A model generated the notes under the pieces. That model made no database searches. It had not been told where the DNA came from and worked only from the letters and a program-made list of their open reading frames with translations. Positions 13,587-27,072 of a DNA stretch of 33,450 nt are shown here, piece by piece. A program made the translations under genes and the position numbers. The number at the start of each line of letters is the position of its first letter. The first letter of the stretch is position 1. Source of the stretch: Chiloscyllium plagiosum (taxonomy: Eukaryota); NCBI RefSeq assembly GCF_004010195.1, contig NC_057751.1, positions 10,799,831 to 10,833,280 on the forward strand, read 5' to 3'.

Positions 13587-13659
13587 TCACTGTATTCATC
13601 AGATTCTAGACAGTGTTAATCATATTCACCAACATGACATAGTTCACAGGGACCTGAAG
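13587..13659 (+). CDS. CAMK2B: CaMKII exon 6, variant A (gamma-type): [24 protein letters not shown]
   Basis: Acceptor gttttacag|T after a long pyrimidine tract, donor AAG|gtcagt; 73 nt; phase 2 in, phase 0 out; no stop; HRDLK catalytic loop. Confidence 0.93.
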
Positions 13660-15402
13660 GTCAGTATTTTCTAACATTTACAGGAATGAAGAAAAAGAAC
13701 CAAAAAAAAATGATACGCTTGAGTCTAAAATTGTGTCATGTTTACAGGTGCAGAGTTTCTTCTGCCTCTGGTTATTGTTTGTCCTCTTTTGTGTTGTTAT
13801 TTTACCTCATTTTCGTTGTCCGACTTTGCATGGCTATCACTACCATTCCCAAAAGTCTCTTGGGCTCTCAGCTGTGACAGGCAATCGAAAGGAAATCAAT
13901 CGGGAAAACTCTAATCATCAGCAGTGCTCTTTCCCCCTAACTACCCACCTCCCTTCCACCTTGCCCTCATGGTTCCCTCATCTTGTATGCTAGGTCAAAA
14001 ACTTGAATTCGTTTTGCAGTGAAAGCTTGCTGCACATATTGGAAACAGAATGCCCTTCCCCATAAACCCTGTCATATTTAACATAAAGTATTGTTTTGGA
14101 AAATGTTACCCCCTCATGACCTTTGAGACTTCAAGGGCACGAATGCACTTCTACCCCTCCCATCCTTCTCGAGTCTGTCATGCTTTATTGCTCTTGACAA
14201 TGTTCTTTAAGAGAAGCACAGACTGGTTTGTGGCCAGGGCCAAGCATGAGCTTAGAACCACTTCCTCCTCCTCATGGCAGCTTCAACAACTGAGACTCCG
14301 ATCAACCACTCTATCAAGTGAATGGGGCACTCGGTATCATACAAGAATCAGACTGCACGCCACTGCGGGTCAATGGGTGGATTATTTAAAGCTGCTTAGG
14401 TCAGTTTTGGTAAAATTGAGGCCACTGAGTCACTTGGATGGTGGTTAGATGCAGGCAATGTTGGTTTACATTGAGATCAGGCTGCAGGACATAGACCATC
14501 AATTGTGAAGTTGTATGACAGGGCGTGAAATCTTTTTTGAACTTGAGGTTGGTATTTAATGTTCCAGAACAAGGATTTTGCACCATCTCTGCTCAAGCTG
14601 AGGGCAGGGGTATGGCAAGATGGCATAGTACAGGATGAGGTAATGTTTCTTGCACCAGTACAATATACATTTGGTCACCTATTGGTTTTCTTGAGCGGTC
14701 TTGTTTTCTTTCTTGAAATATATAATGCCTTGCTCGTTGCCTAAATGCTGACTCCCATCAGTTGATAGAGGGTGACTGTATAGCATTACCTGAAAGGCTA
14801 AAACAGGTTTATTATTAGGTTAACTCGTTCACCATGGGCTGTGGTATTTATTGAGTCTTTTGTATACTCAGATTTGAATAATTCTGACTTCTTTCCACCC
14901 CCCTTTTTCAGATAATTACAGTACCTTGATATTCACTTTTATTTGCCATTATGTGAGTTTTTCATTGTTTCTTTTCATTGATGATATTTTTGTGGGTAAA
15001 TCAGTATTTTTGAGATTCAAAATGATAAACAGTTGACATCAAGAATCACATGGTCCTCTCCCCTGTCCATGATCAGCATCAAAAGAGACCCTGTTTCATT
15101 TTGAACTCATCATGAGGCGAACTTAGTTTTCACCTCCTGTTCTGAAAATCCTGCAGCACTTCACTGGTCTCACTCAGTGGAATCCTTGCAAATGCTCAGA
15201 TTTGTTCATCTCCCAGTGGATCACCCTTCCTTTGGAGGCTTCATGAAAAAATAAGATGTAATTCCGAGAAACTATCAATGTCCATGTGTCATAGTCCTTC
15301 CAGCTTCAGATCATTTTTCTTCAATTGAGAGATAATGCAAAGATGAGTATTAAAAATCCTTTTTAGTTAATATAACTATTAATTTTCTCAGTTTAATCTT
15401 AG

Positions 15403-15686
15403 CATAGAATCCCTACAGAGTGGAACCAGGCTACTCAGCCCAGCAAGTCCACAAAGATCACCTGATCAGCACCCTACCCCATCCCTGCCTTTCCCATGGC
15501 TAATCCATTTGGTCTGCACATCCCTGGGTATTATGGGCAATTTAACAATAGCCAATCTATCTTTGGATTGTGCAGACATGGAGACAACGTGCAAACTCCA
15601 CGCAGACAGTTGCCCGACGGTGGAATTGAGCCTGGGTCCCTGGTATTCTGAGGCAGCATTGCTAACCACGGAGCCATCATGCTGTC
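15403..15686 (-). mobile_element. HE1/V-SINE-type SINE
   Basis: Reverse complement of the 5495-5838 family, from 'catagaatccctacag' to 'gctaaccacggagccatcatgctgtc'. Confidence 0.85.
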
Positions 15687-15801
15687 TTTTTTGGGATTGG
15701 TAGCCTTTTGCCATGATTCTGTACTGTGCGTTTTCAGAAGATTTGTAGCTCAGGTTTAGGTTCTGGATGTAGGTTTGCTTGCTGAGCTGGGAGGTTCATT
15801 T

Positions 15802-15841
15802 CCAGACGTTTCGTCACTCTAATAGGTAACATCTTCAGTGG
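15802..15841 (-). ncRNA. Minimal type I hammerhead ribozyme motif (Penelope-associated), core intact
   Basis: Minus strand: CCA-CTGAAGA-T-GTTAC-ctattaga-GTGAC-GAAA-C-GTC-TGG (3-bp stem I, stem II, minimal stem III, GUC site). Confidence 0.75.
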
Positions 15842-16528
15842 GCCTCAGGCAAAGCAATGAACATGATTCCTGCTTTCTATTTATATGTTTGGGTTTCCTT
15901 GGATTGGTGATGTCATTTCCTGTGGTGATGTCATTTCCTGTTCTTTTTCTCAGGGGGTGGTAGATGGGATCTAGAGCTCCGGTTGGAATGCCATACTTCT
16001 CGGAATTCTTGTGCATGTCTCTGTTTGGCTTGTCCTAAGATGGATGTGTTATCCCAGTCAAAGTGGTGTCCTTCCTTATCTGTATGTAAGGATACTATTG
16101 AGAGAGGGTCATGTCGTTTTGTGGCTAATTGGTATTCATGTATCCTGGTGGCTAGTTTTCAGCCTGTTTGTCCAATGTAGTGTTTGTTACAATTCAAACA
16201 GGCAGAAAACTAGCCAACAGGATACATGAACACCAACTAGCTACTCTCTCACTAGTATCCTTACATATAGATGAGGAAGGACACCACTTCGACTGGGACA
16301 ATGCATCCATCTTAGGACAAGCCAAACAGAGACATGCATGAGAATTCCGAGAAGCTTGGCATTCCAACAGGAACTCTATCAACAAACACATCGAGTTAGA
16401 CCCCATCTGCCACCCCATGAGAAAAAAAACAGGAAATGACATCACCACAGGAAATAACATCACCAACCCAAAGAAACCCAAGCATATAAATAGAAAGCAG
16501 GAAACATGTACACTGCTTCGCTTGAGGC

Positions 16529-16568
16529 CCACTGAAGATGTTACCTGTTAGGGTGACGAAACATCTGG
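16529..16568 (+). ncRNA. Minimal hammerhead ribozyme motif, stem III mutated
   Basis: CCA-CTGAAGA-T-GTTACC-tgttag-GGTGAC-GAAA-C-ATC-TGG; GTC>ATC, consistent with CpG decay. Confidence 0.6.
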
Positions 16569-17402
16569 AAATGAACCTCCCAGCTTAGCGAGCAAACCTA
16601 CATCCAGATTCTGTACTGTTATGGCAGTTCAGTTTGCATTTTTTAGTGGGAGAGCACGATGTCAATATGAAATCATTGTTTCTTAGAAAAATGTTTACAT
16701 TCTTCACGTTCTAATGAGAGCTGGCCCCAATGAGATAATGTTTTGAGTTCTTTGGATCTTGAATTAACAGTGGGAAGCTTGGGTTGGGTGAAGGTTCAGG
16801 AAATGCACTAATTTTCTACAGCTATCTCAGAACTCTGAACATTGCACCTTCTTTCAAATGAGCCTCACAACAGCCAGGAGCCACAGACTGAAGCAAAGAA
16901 GTAATTTAAAATAACATGGGGCCATCAAGTTTCTATGAAGTGACCCTGGGATTGAACTGAGTTGGGAGTTTGAAGGTGATGGGTGTTTCAAATTGTGTCC
17001 CCAAGTCCTGATCACAAGCAATGATCACGATATATGCTGTGTGTCTTTGGTTGTTTTGAGGTCTACTGTTTATCCCAAATGTTTAGTTTGTTCAGTGGCT
17101 GTAGCAGTGGTAAAGATCACATCTGAGTGCTGCTTTTGAGGTAACATAGTGGTGAGCAAGATGCTTGTGTTTCAAAACTGACTGTTGCTGCTTGTTTCTG
17201 GTGGTGTGCCTGTCTGACCTGGTTTGGGCTGACAGAAGACAAGTGGTGGGACAAGAGCCCTGTTCTGCTGTGGTCAATCAGTGGGGTATTCAGAGGAGGG
17301 TGATACACATGTGCATATGTGGGCGTTTGAATTACTGTGTAAATTTGCCCATGGGAATCAAGCAGATTCTGTATGCTTTGACAGACTGCCTCCCTGGTCT
17401 AG

Positions 17403-17765
<363 letters not shown>

Positions 17766-20700
17766 TAACCCTCGCGAGTTGTGTCTTTTACATATTCTGG
17801 TAAACTGTTTTACATTTCTTTGCAGCTCCATTGGCACTGGTAATTTTAACACGGAACAGGAACTGAGGGTTCCCTTTGAGATTAGTCTTACTGGGAACTT
17901 TCTGGGTGTGGTGTGCTGTTGAGGGTGCATATGTGCAGTTGTAAAAGTCTTACCACGTATGCTGATGAAAAGACTTTCTACTTCTGGGTAGTTAGCAAAT
18001 TAATTATATTTGAGGTGGGATTGGTAGCCTTTTGCCATCAGTGCAGATATTCACCTCTTGAAAGGGCTTGTGATGAATTTGGAATTAATAACATGGTGAA
18101 TAAATTGCGCTTAATCTAAGCACATTGCTCGACAGAAACCCAGAAAAGTGCCGTGTTGCTTTGTTTTTGTTCAAGCAACTACAGCTGCATGCTAACTTCT
18201 CTTGGCTTTTACTCCAGTCATTCTTTGTGAAGCAGCTCAGGGTGTTTTAACTCGGGTTGCATACATTGAAGAGTTCTTTAACTGAACCAGGACACACTAA
18301 GGGACAGGAGGGTGAGTTTGGAGAAGAGACCTGACACTTCAGTGAAATTCTTCAAAGCAAGTCTCGAGTGTTGTATTTCATTGTGTTGATGAGTCTGTGA
18401 GATGTGAGAAAATGATTTTTAAAAAATCAGATTTTAAAGCCACTTGTTGAAACGTTATATCATTAGCTGAGATGATCCCAGCCAAACTGATAATTTAGAA
18501 CACTGTTCAGTAATCAATGTTTGAAATTTTTTTCTTGAGTTTCATATTACCTTGAATTTCAGTTAAGTTTTCTTTGCCTCAGTACATATAGGTGATGTTG
18601 TAAGGTTTAATCTGACCTTTTTTCAGGGAGTGACAGGAGCAAGGGTCTCATATTGGCCTATGGCTGATTGCCACTGGATGATGTAGATGGAGGTGGCAAA
18701 TGCTCTCATTCAGACGTCCATGCCACTATATGGCCACCTGCCAAAAGACGTGATGAGTTTGGGTGTGTGTGTGTTTTTATATTGACTGAGTCAACATCCA
18801 ATGCATGGTGCCTTCCTCTTGTGGTCCAACATCACCTAAGTTTTCAGGTGGTGGTTTGGAAAAGAGACGTACATGGGATGAGGTGGAAAGCCCGTGTTAA
18901 AATTACCAGCTCTCTCTAACAAGGCTTGAGGCTTTTGGTGGGCCTGCTCCTTCTTGCATGTGTCTTTTGGCTGGAAAGCTCTATCACTGGGATGTGCTGA
19001 AAACGGCATGGCTGCTTTAGATCAGAATATGTGCTTCTAATGTAGTTTATTTTCTCATTTAGTTGCTGGGTTTTGCATATTTATATCATGAGTACAGTAA
19101 TTTTATGCAGTTATTTTTACATCATAAAGACAGTCAGTATTTACTTTTAAAAGTAAATGAAGGAAAAGTGGTATTTACGTGAATAAAAGATTCTTAAAGT
19201 GTTGATGGTCTAGTGTTATATATAAACATTGGGACTATGTCACTGCTTTATGAATTCACTGTGATGCACAAAACAATACATTTGATAATTAATTAATTGC
19301 CCCCCTCCCCAACCACTGCTGCCAAGGTGACAGCTCCACAAGCTGCGGTTGTCTATAAACTGAAGCGTTTAGGCCCAGGGTACAGTGACATTACAATCCC
19401 AAAGAGTTCTTGTAAAACTCCAGTCAACCATCTTCAGTTTTTGTCAGCTGAAGTTGGTGACACTGAGAGACCTTGTTACTTTCTCATCAGTTAATTTCAT
19501 CCTGCTTCTGCTGAAGCCAGTCAAACAGTGCAGGAGGTAGCATTGCTGGCAACAATGACAGTTTTTGCTTTCTCCCCCCACAGAGCACACAGGCTGAGGT
19601 GCCTTATCTCTGAAGTAGACCAAACTTTGCAAGCCTTCCCTTCCCTGGTCTGACGTACCTCACTCCATCCCAAATTAGACATCCTGAATGCCCCCTTAGA
19701 ATACTCAGATTAGCCAATCACCCTGACACAAACACACGTGGACAAGAAGATCCGTGCACCACCTTCTGCTTCTCCTGTGAGTAAAAGCTGAGCTTTCACT
19801 TGACAACTGTCTGTAGACCTGAGGGCAAATTCATGTTCCAAATTGTTTAAACAGCTCACGACCCAGTACCACTGCTTGTGAGTTGAAGCACTTTGCTGCC
19901 ATCAATTGTTTTACCGTAATTAATCAGATTAATCGATAAACCAACAAAACCATTTTAAAAACTGATTTTTGAATGTATATATGCCACCCATTCTGCGACC
20001 CTACTATCTGAATGCAGCTGATGCTTCACCATGCTGCTCTCCAGGCACTGATCACATTCCATTCTCTCTCCTCGTGTCACCAAGACCTCTGAGTATTTGG
20101 GGCACCACAGTCAACCCAGGCCTCTCTTCACATCCTCCCTCACTTTTCACACAGCCAAATGGTGAGAAATGGCCATACCTCGATGCTTTATGCCAGTCCA
20201 CAGTCCAGGACTCTGAGGCCAATCATACTGCATTTAATTCCATACCAATTGAAATCAGCACAAATATTCTTGAATTGTGGAGACTAACTTACCTGGATCT
20301 TCAGGATACTGACTTACTGATTTTTCCTTCACCAACCACCCACCCTGAGCTAACACCCAACTGGTCAACTTCTTGCCTAATATCTTACCCGGCAGTGAAT
20401 ACAGGAAGAAGAGACCATTCAGGCACGTTCTACCATTCAGTAAGATTAAAGCTGATAAGTGATCAAACTTCATCAGCCTGCCTTTTCTACATACCCCCAA
20501 TAACATGAGTTAGCTAGCTTCTATCATTCTGACATCTGAAATTATAACTTAACCCAGTGTCACGTGCTGAAGAGGGTTCCAACTTCTGTCACTTTTTGTG
20601 TGTGGTGTCAGTGCAGGCTGGTGCTCAAACTATGTCACGTAGAATTGCCCATTCACCAGAAACAGTTACCAACTGACAGTGTGAATGGTGCAGGCCATTT

Positions 20701-20922
20701 AAATTATAAGGGAAGAGGAAATGTCTACACCCCATTCACAGCTGACTCCACAGTTAAGGTGATGGAAACCTTGGAATGTGGATAAATCCTTTCATGCAGT
20801 GCAGTCTCACATGAATGCACTGATTCTCTGAGCTATTGGCTTCAACTAAAATAAGTCTTTTAAAGCAGGGATTAACTTTTTGATCAAGCAATTGCTCTTG
20901 TTTTAAGAATTCTATTGCATAA

Positions 20923-21069
<147 letters not shown>

Positions 21070-21518
21070 TGATGCTGCTCCATTTACTACACTTTTGCCA
21101 GCCACTTGGTGTATTTGTCTCTGACTTGCTGTGGTCTTGCTAAAGATTGCTTTCATCAATTACCAGATGGCAACCAAACTTGGTGTTGAAAGCAGAATTC
21201 TCAAACTGACCTAGTCTTGTATTCTATGTAGTGAGTTTTTGTGGTAACAAGAGTTAAAGTGGAAACTGCCAGTTCTAAGTTTGAAATTGCATGACAAAGT
21301 TGGAATGTGCACACGAAAATAGGCCAAAAATGTCTTGATGTCCTTGGGCCTATTCTAAATGTACCTTGTCCACGTGTTAGTGAGTCCAAGGTAAACGTCC
21401 AATGTATCAACACATCCCAGTGGAACTTCTCTCAATTGCCAAATGTGTTCCATATGTCTTCACTCTCTGTCCTCTGCTGTGATAATTGGAGGTGTCAGTG
21501 TTGATCTGGGGTGGACAA

Positions 21519-21670
21519 AGTTAAAATTACACAACACCAGGTTAAAGTCCAGCAGGTTTACTTAGAAGCATTAGCCTTTGGACCGCTGCTCCCTAATGAA
21601 GGAGCAGCACTCCGAAAGCTCGTACTTCCAAATAAACATATTGGACTCTGGTGTTGTGTGATCTTTAACT
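21519..21670. repeat. Short fold-back element with a degenerate hammerhead-like motif (probably Penelope-derived)
   Basis: Imperfect inverted arms 21519-21592 / 21601-21670 (agttaaaattacacaacaccag / ctggtgttgtgtgatctttaact); CTAATGA-A-GGAGC-agc-ACTCC-GAAA-G-CTC at 21593-21621. Confidence 0.7.
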
Positions 21671-21959
21671 CTGCTGTGATGTCAATTCTCATTCCATCTA
21701 TGTCATGTGTCACTTGTTTTGTTAGTTTCAACTTTTCTTGCCAGTCAACAGAAAGAGAGGTCTCTGGTCTCTCACTCGCAGTGCCAAAATATCTGCTGAT
21801 AAACCTTTCAAATTTCAAATGTTCCCACTTTGTACCTCCTCATTATGTACCCTGCTGGATGCTCACTCAATGGTCCTGAGAGCTCCACAACTCGAGTCAA
21901 GTCCCAGTTTATGTTACTTGGCTTCTGTGTTGTTGGCGCATCTCTTTTTATTTCATCTT

Positions 21960-22290
21960 TTTATTAATTCACTCATGGGATGTGGGTATCCCTGGCTGGC
22001 CAGTATCTGTTGCCCATCCTAAGTTGCCCTTGAGAAGGTGGTAGTGAGCTGCCTCTTGAACTGATGCAGTCCACATGATGTAGAATGACCCACAATTCTC
22101 TTAAGGAGGGAATTCCAGGATTTTGACCCAGTGCCAGTCAGGAACGATGATATATTTCCAAGTCAGGTCGGTGAGTGGCTTGAGGGGGAACTTACAGGTG
22201 GTGATGTTCCCATGTGTCTGCTGTCCTTGTCCTCTGAGCTTGAAGTTATTGTAGGTTTGGAAGGTGCTATCTAATGATCTTTGGTGAATT
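21960..22290 (-). mobile_element. LINE 3'-end fragment, family uncertain
   Basis: 'gggatgtggg...gctggccag...gcccatccta..ttgcccttgagaaggtgg' resembles a common elasmobranch interspersed repeat (recognised from memory only). Confidence 0.5.
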
Positions 22291-23462
22291 TGAATCTATT
22301 CCCCTGGTCTTGCTATTGTTCCATCTCATGCTTGACAGTTCTCTTGGATGCCAGGTCAGTTGTGACCAAGTGATAACCTTATTTTGTCTTGAGTACAAAC
22401 TCATAGATCCAAGTGCCACTCCAAGACAGATTTACACTTTACAAGTATTTGTTGACTCAAAACATTTTGTGACATCCTCAGGATGTGAAATGTGCACTAT
22501 AAACCTTTGCTCGTTGAGCTGGATATGCTACTATCTGATGGACTATTCAAGCTATCCTTTACCTGTCGAATACCACTTATGCATCATGGTATCTCCATTA
22601 CATAATTTCCAGATGTTTATGTTCCATTTGTTTTGCTCAGTTTCTCTGTGCAGAATTTGGTGCTGATTCAAATGGGCACTTGCCAACCTCCATTTGCATT
22701 TTGTCCTCTCAGCAAGTTCAAAGTTTTGTAGGTAGAAGACTAATGCGATGTTAAGTTTTCCCCTTGAGAACAGAAGTGAATGAACAGTTCACGTTGCTCC
22801 TGTACATGTCTTGACACCATGGGACTTGGACCAAGGTGCTTGTGAAACAGACAAGCAAAGAGGGAATGATGCAGAGTGTACCCAAATCTTGTGCTCCCCC
22901 AACACCATGCTCCAATGTCTAACCTTGAAAAGCCTAGTCCTGTTTTTGCTGTATAGCCTCGTTCCTGACGATTAGTTCCACCTCCTTCAAACTCAGCTCA
23001 AAACTCTTCTATCTTCAGTAGAGAAACCATTGTTTTCAGTCTCTGGAACGCTCTATAAGCACCAGTAGCTCTGTTAACTTCAAAGGCTTCCTTTGATGTG
23101 GCCTTCGTTCACTGCACCCAATCCATCATGCGTTGTACTTTTTTTCACTTCTGTGAACTGCTTCAGGAAACCCTATGATGTTAAATGTCTCACCTAAAAG
23201 ATATTGCTGTTAATATTACTGTACTGGATGTCAGTACAGTATTGTGTTGGGGTTCTATTCCATGAGGCAGAGCTCAACTGAACAAAACTTCTCAAAATTC
23301 AAAGTGCTGCCATTGAACCTCAGCTCACAACTTCAAATCCATGACCCGAGTGATTGTGTTGCTGGGTAGACTCACTTAAAGTATCACATTGCACATCAGT
23401 AAATCTATTTAACCAATTTTTATCTTTCTAATGGTAGATAAAAAAAGAGATTGTGGAATTAT

Positions 23463-23873
23463 GTGTGTAAGTTTGCTTGCTGAGCTGCAAAGTTCATTTT
23501 CAGACATTTCATCAGCATACTAAATTACATCATCAGTGAGCCTCTGGTGAAGCACTGGTGTTTGTGACCCATTTTCGATTTATGTGTTTTGGTATCCTTG
23601 GGTTGGTGATGTTAGTTTCTGTGGTGATGTAATTTCCTGTTCTTTTGCTCCTCTCTGGGGAAAAAGAACAGGAAATGACATCACCAACCCAAGGATGCCG
23701 AAACACATAAATCGAAAATGGGTCACGAACACCAGTGCTTCACCAGAGGCTCACTGATGATGTAATTTAGTATGCTGATGAAATGTCTGAAAATGAACTT
23801 TCCAACTGAGCGAGCAAACTAACATACAGGACCTCAACCTGAGTTACAAATCTTCTCAAAACTCACTGTCTTA
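23463..23873 (+). mobile_element. Second Penelope-like fold-back element, same family as 15728-16608
   Basis: Arms ~23463-23646 / ~23662-23828 and a 3' tail matching the reverse complement of 15728-15761; degenerate hammerhead at 23751-23790; possible TSD GAATTAT (23456-23462 / 23874-23880). Confidence 0.85.
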
Positions 23874-24199
23874 GAATTATAATTGTTTAAAATTAAGCTC
23901 AGTCTTGATTTGGTTTCCTTTTAAAGAAAGAGCCAGGTTACTCCCCAGTGGGATTTTTTTTTTTTGGACAGAATCAACAGATGGAAACTGGTGTTTGTGC
24001 TAAAAGAAATATTTGGAGTAAAACCCTCATAAATCTCTGAAGGTCTTTTGCTGCCTAATTCAGTATGTGGCTATTGGTCTGTTAAACTCAGCATGCCAAA
24101 GCTAGCATATTCCTTTCCAACATTTCAAAACATTTTTTCCCCTCTTGAAGCCTTCCCTTGATCAAGACCAAGGCTTTAAAAAACCCAAATCTGGCACCA

Positions 24200-24836
24200 T
24201 CTCAGAAGCTGGAGCAAAAGTACGCTACTCCGCCCAGCGAGTCTGCTTCATTGTTCAGTGAGATTGTGGCTCATGTGATCATCTTCAACTTCACTTTCTT
24301 GCTTTTTCCTCAGAACCTTTCATCCCCTTACTGATTAAAGATCTGCCCTTAACAACACATCCAACAGCTCTCTGCAGTAGAAAATTTCATAGATTGACTA
24401 CCCTTTGACAGAAAAAGACCCTCTCATCTTTGCCTTACAGGGACGACCGACTATTCTGAGCTGATGCCCTTTGGTCCTGTATCCTCCCACAAGACAAAAC
24501 AACCTCTTTGCATCGACCATGTCAAGTCCCCGAAAAATGTTGTGTATTTCAACCAGGGTTTCTCTGATTCTTCTGAACATCAATGACACAAGCTCGTTCT
24601 GCTCACACCTTTCCCCAATGACATATTTTGTTAGACAAAGGGACCAAAACTGTTCACAGTATTTCAGATGTGGTCTGACTCATGCTCTAAGTAGTTTTAG
24701 CAAGACTTCACAATTTTTATACTCCATCCCCTTTGCGAAAAGGGTTAACTATCAATGGTGCCTTCCCTATTACCTGCTGAACCTTCTCTGCCATCTTTTT
24801 GCCGTTCAGTCAAATGAACCTCAAATCCATCTGTGC
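24200..24836 (-). mobile_element. CR1-like LINE 3' fragment running into the gap
   Basis: The minus ORF 24398-24589 has RRIRETLVEIHNIFRGLDMVDAKRLF...RTKGHQLRI (CR1 ORF2 C-terminus). Confidence 0.8.
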
Positions 24837-25336
24837 NNNNNNNNNNNNNNNNNNNNNNNNNNNNNNNNNNNNNNNNNNNNNNNNNNNNNNNNNNNNNNNN
24901 NNNNNNNNNNNNNNNNNNNNNNNNNNNNNNNNNNNNNNNNNNNNNNNNNNNNNNNNNNNNNNNNNNNNNNNNNNNNNNNNNNNNNNNNNNNNNNNNNNNN
25001 NNNNNNNNNNNNNNNNNNNNNNNNNNNNNNNNNNNNNNNNNNNNNNNNNNNNNNNNNNNNNNNNNNNNNNNNNNNNNNNNNNNNNNNNNNNNNNNNNNNN
25101 NNNNNNNNNNNNNNNNNNNNNNNNNNNNNNNNNNNNNNNNNNNNNNNNNNNNNNNNNNNNNNNNNNNNNNNNNNNNNNNNNNNNNNNNNNNNNNNNNNNN
25201 NNNNNNNNNNNNNNNNNNNNNNNNNNNNNNNNNNNNNNNNNNNNNNNNNNNNNNNNNNNNNNNNNNNNNNNNNNNNNNNNNNNNNNNNNNNNNNNNNNNN
25301 NNNNNNNNNNNNNNNNNNNNNNNNNNNNNNNNNNNN
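24837..25336. other. Assembly gap (500 N) in intron 7
   Basis: Run of exactly 500 N, flanked by different repeats on each side. Confidence 1.
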
Positions 25337-25812
25337 GTCAGCATGACCTGCTGTGCTTTTCCAGCAACACATTTTCAGCTGTGTCACTGTGTTTGTCATC
25401 ATTGATGTTGGCTTTTTCCTTTGGAGGAGACAGAAGGTCATGTGCAAATAATTTCATTGGCTTTGAAGAGCTCAACAGCCTAAACCTGTAAGATTCTGCA
25501 CCAGCAAATCTGAGTTGAAAGGCACACAGCCAGAATATTAGATCAATTACAAACCCATGCTCCCTAAGACCAGGCAGCTTCATAGTCAACAAAGGTGCAG
25601 ACACTGGCATCACCCACATGTGATCATGGGGAATCTAATGTTGCATGAGCTGTGTGAATGAGAATCTTGCTGGCATCAGTCTTGGCATGATATACCTCAA
25701 CTTAGTACCTTGAAAACTGCAGCTCAGCGTAACACTGAGAACCGAAGGGATGGGTTTTGTTTGTTACTTTTGAATAAACCTGCTTTTGCATCAATTTCAG
25801 AATTGAGTCTAA

Positions 25813-25938
<126 letters not shown>

Positions 25939-27072
25939 TAAAATAGGTGGACCTTGATTTCAACTAATTTCTAAAATTGGCCTGCCCTCGATGTTTGGCA
26001 TTTTAGGTTAACCACATGGTTAGATTGAAGTGTCTTTGGAAGCTTTTCACCAGTGACCTGCCCATATAGAATATCCCTGAAACCATGGGTGAGGATATGA
26101 AAAGTCATAAGCTAAGTCCAGACGTGATATAGCAGGTGTTGAAACCATGATGCTTCCCATTCCTGGGCATCATTTGCATGTAATTAGTGGGATACATCCC
26201 AGTTGGTGCATTATGGACCTTAAGCAATGAGCGAATGGATTGCCCATGACATGTCACAAAAAGAGAAGGCTGATCTCAGCCAGCTAGTCATGGATGAGGC
26301 AGTGGGAACAGATCAGTGATGCTTCTTCTTAGATGAGGAAGGCACTTTTTAATATTTCTGGCATGTGAGAAGCATGTAACAGATGTGAATGTGGTAATAG
26401 CTGTCACAGGTCAGATCCTCCTCATGCTCTGAACAGAGTTAGGTTCCCATTTACAAATCAGAGTGTCCACCAGTTTGCTGGATGGGAGTGCTCTGTGACC
26501 ATTAAATTTTCATGGAAACTGTTCCATTGGTCTCAGCCTCTCGAACTGAGCCACTATCTCCATTTGTGTCAGGAGATGTAGAATAGCCATGGGCGTCGAA
26601 GGGACCACTAAGTGTACTGAGGGGGAGAAAATATGGTTTTGCCCATATTTACCGCTCTTCCTTCAGTAACAAATGTTCTCTTCAGGTCATCACAGGAGCA
26701 GTCTACATACTTCAGGCCTTAAATACAGAAGCTTGACCCTTCTGTCATCCCTGCTGTCAGAGCTTTATTTGTGCGAAGCAATTTGAGACACTGCTGTTCC
26801 TATTTATCTCCCCACAAATGATTTCTATGACGTATTGGGATCCAGTAAAATTTCTCCCAATCCAGAAAGGGACAACAGTCTTAACTGAAGTTTGGAGAGT
26901 ACAAACTGCAGGCAGATGTATTCGTAGAGCAAATTTGAGCTCATTACTACCCAAAATATGTCTTGGATCCCAAAATCAGTGAATCAGCCAGGAGATGGAA
27001 TATTTGATTGTGATGGAAGGCAAGCTCAGGATGACATGAATTCTGATAGATGTTAGGAAAGTGCATCTGTTG

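Larger units (their letters stand above)
15728..16608 (-). mobile_element. Penelope-like element with inverted 5' segment (fold-back), GIY-YIG endonuclease remnant and TSD
   Basis: Arms 15762-16170 / 16195-16608 with a 24-nt loop. The minus strand reads NCNKHYIGQTG*KLATRIHE. The plus arm reads QTGRKLANRIHEHQLA..HFDWDNASILGQAKQRHA*EFREAWHS..SINKHIELDPI. Direct repeat GATTCTGTACTGT at 15715-15727 and 16607-16619. Confidence 0.9.

Noticed and set aside
13587..13659. Exon 6A as an assembly duplication, or as a processed or pseudogene fragment of CAMK2G
   Set aside because: Only 59% nucleotide identity to 6B with no flanking similarity; homology stops exactly at intact splice sites
19969..20508. 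179-aa + strand ORF
   Set aside because: Non-ATG start, no recognisable domain or exon boundaries; probably chance or decayed repeat
24471..25491. Long ORFs of 190-291 aa in the ORF track
   Set aside because: Artefacts of reading through the 500-N gap
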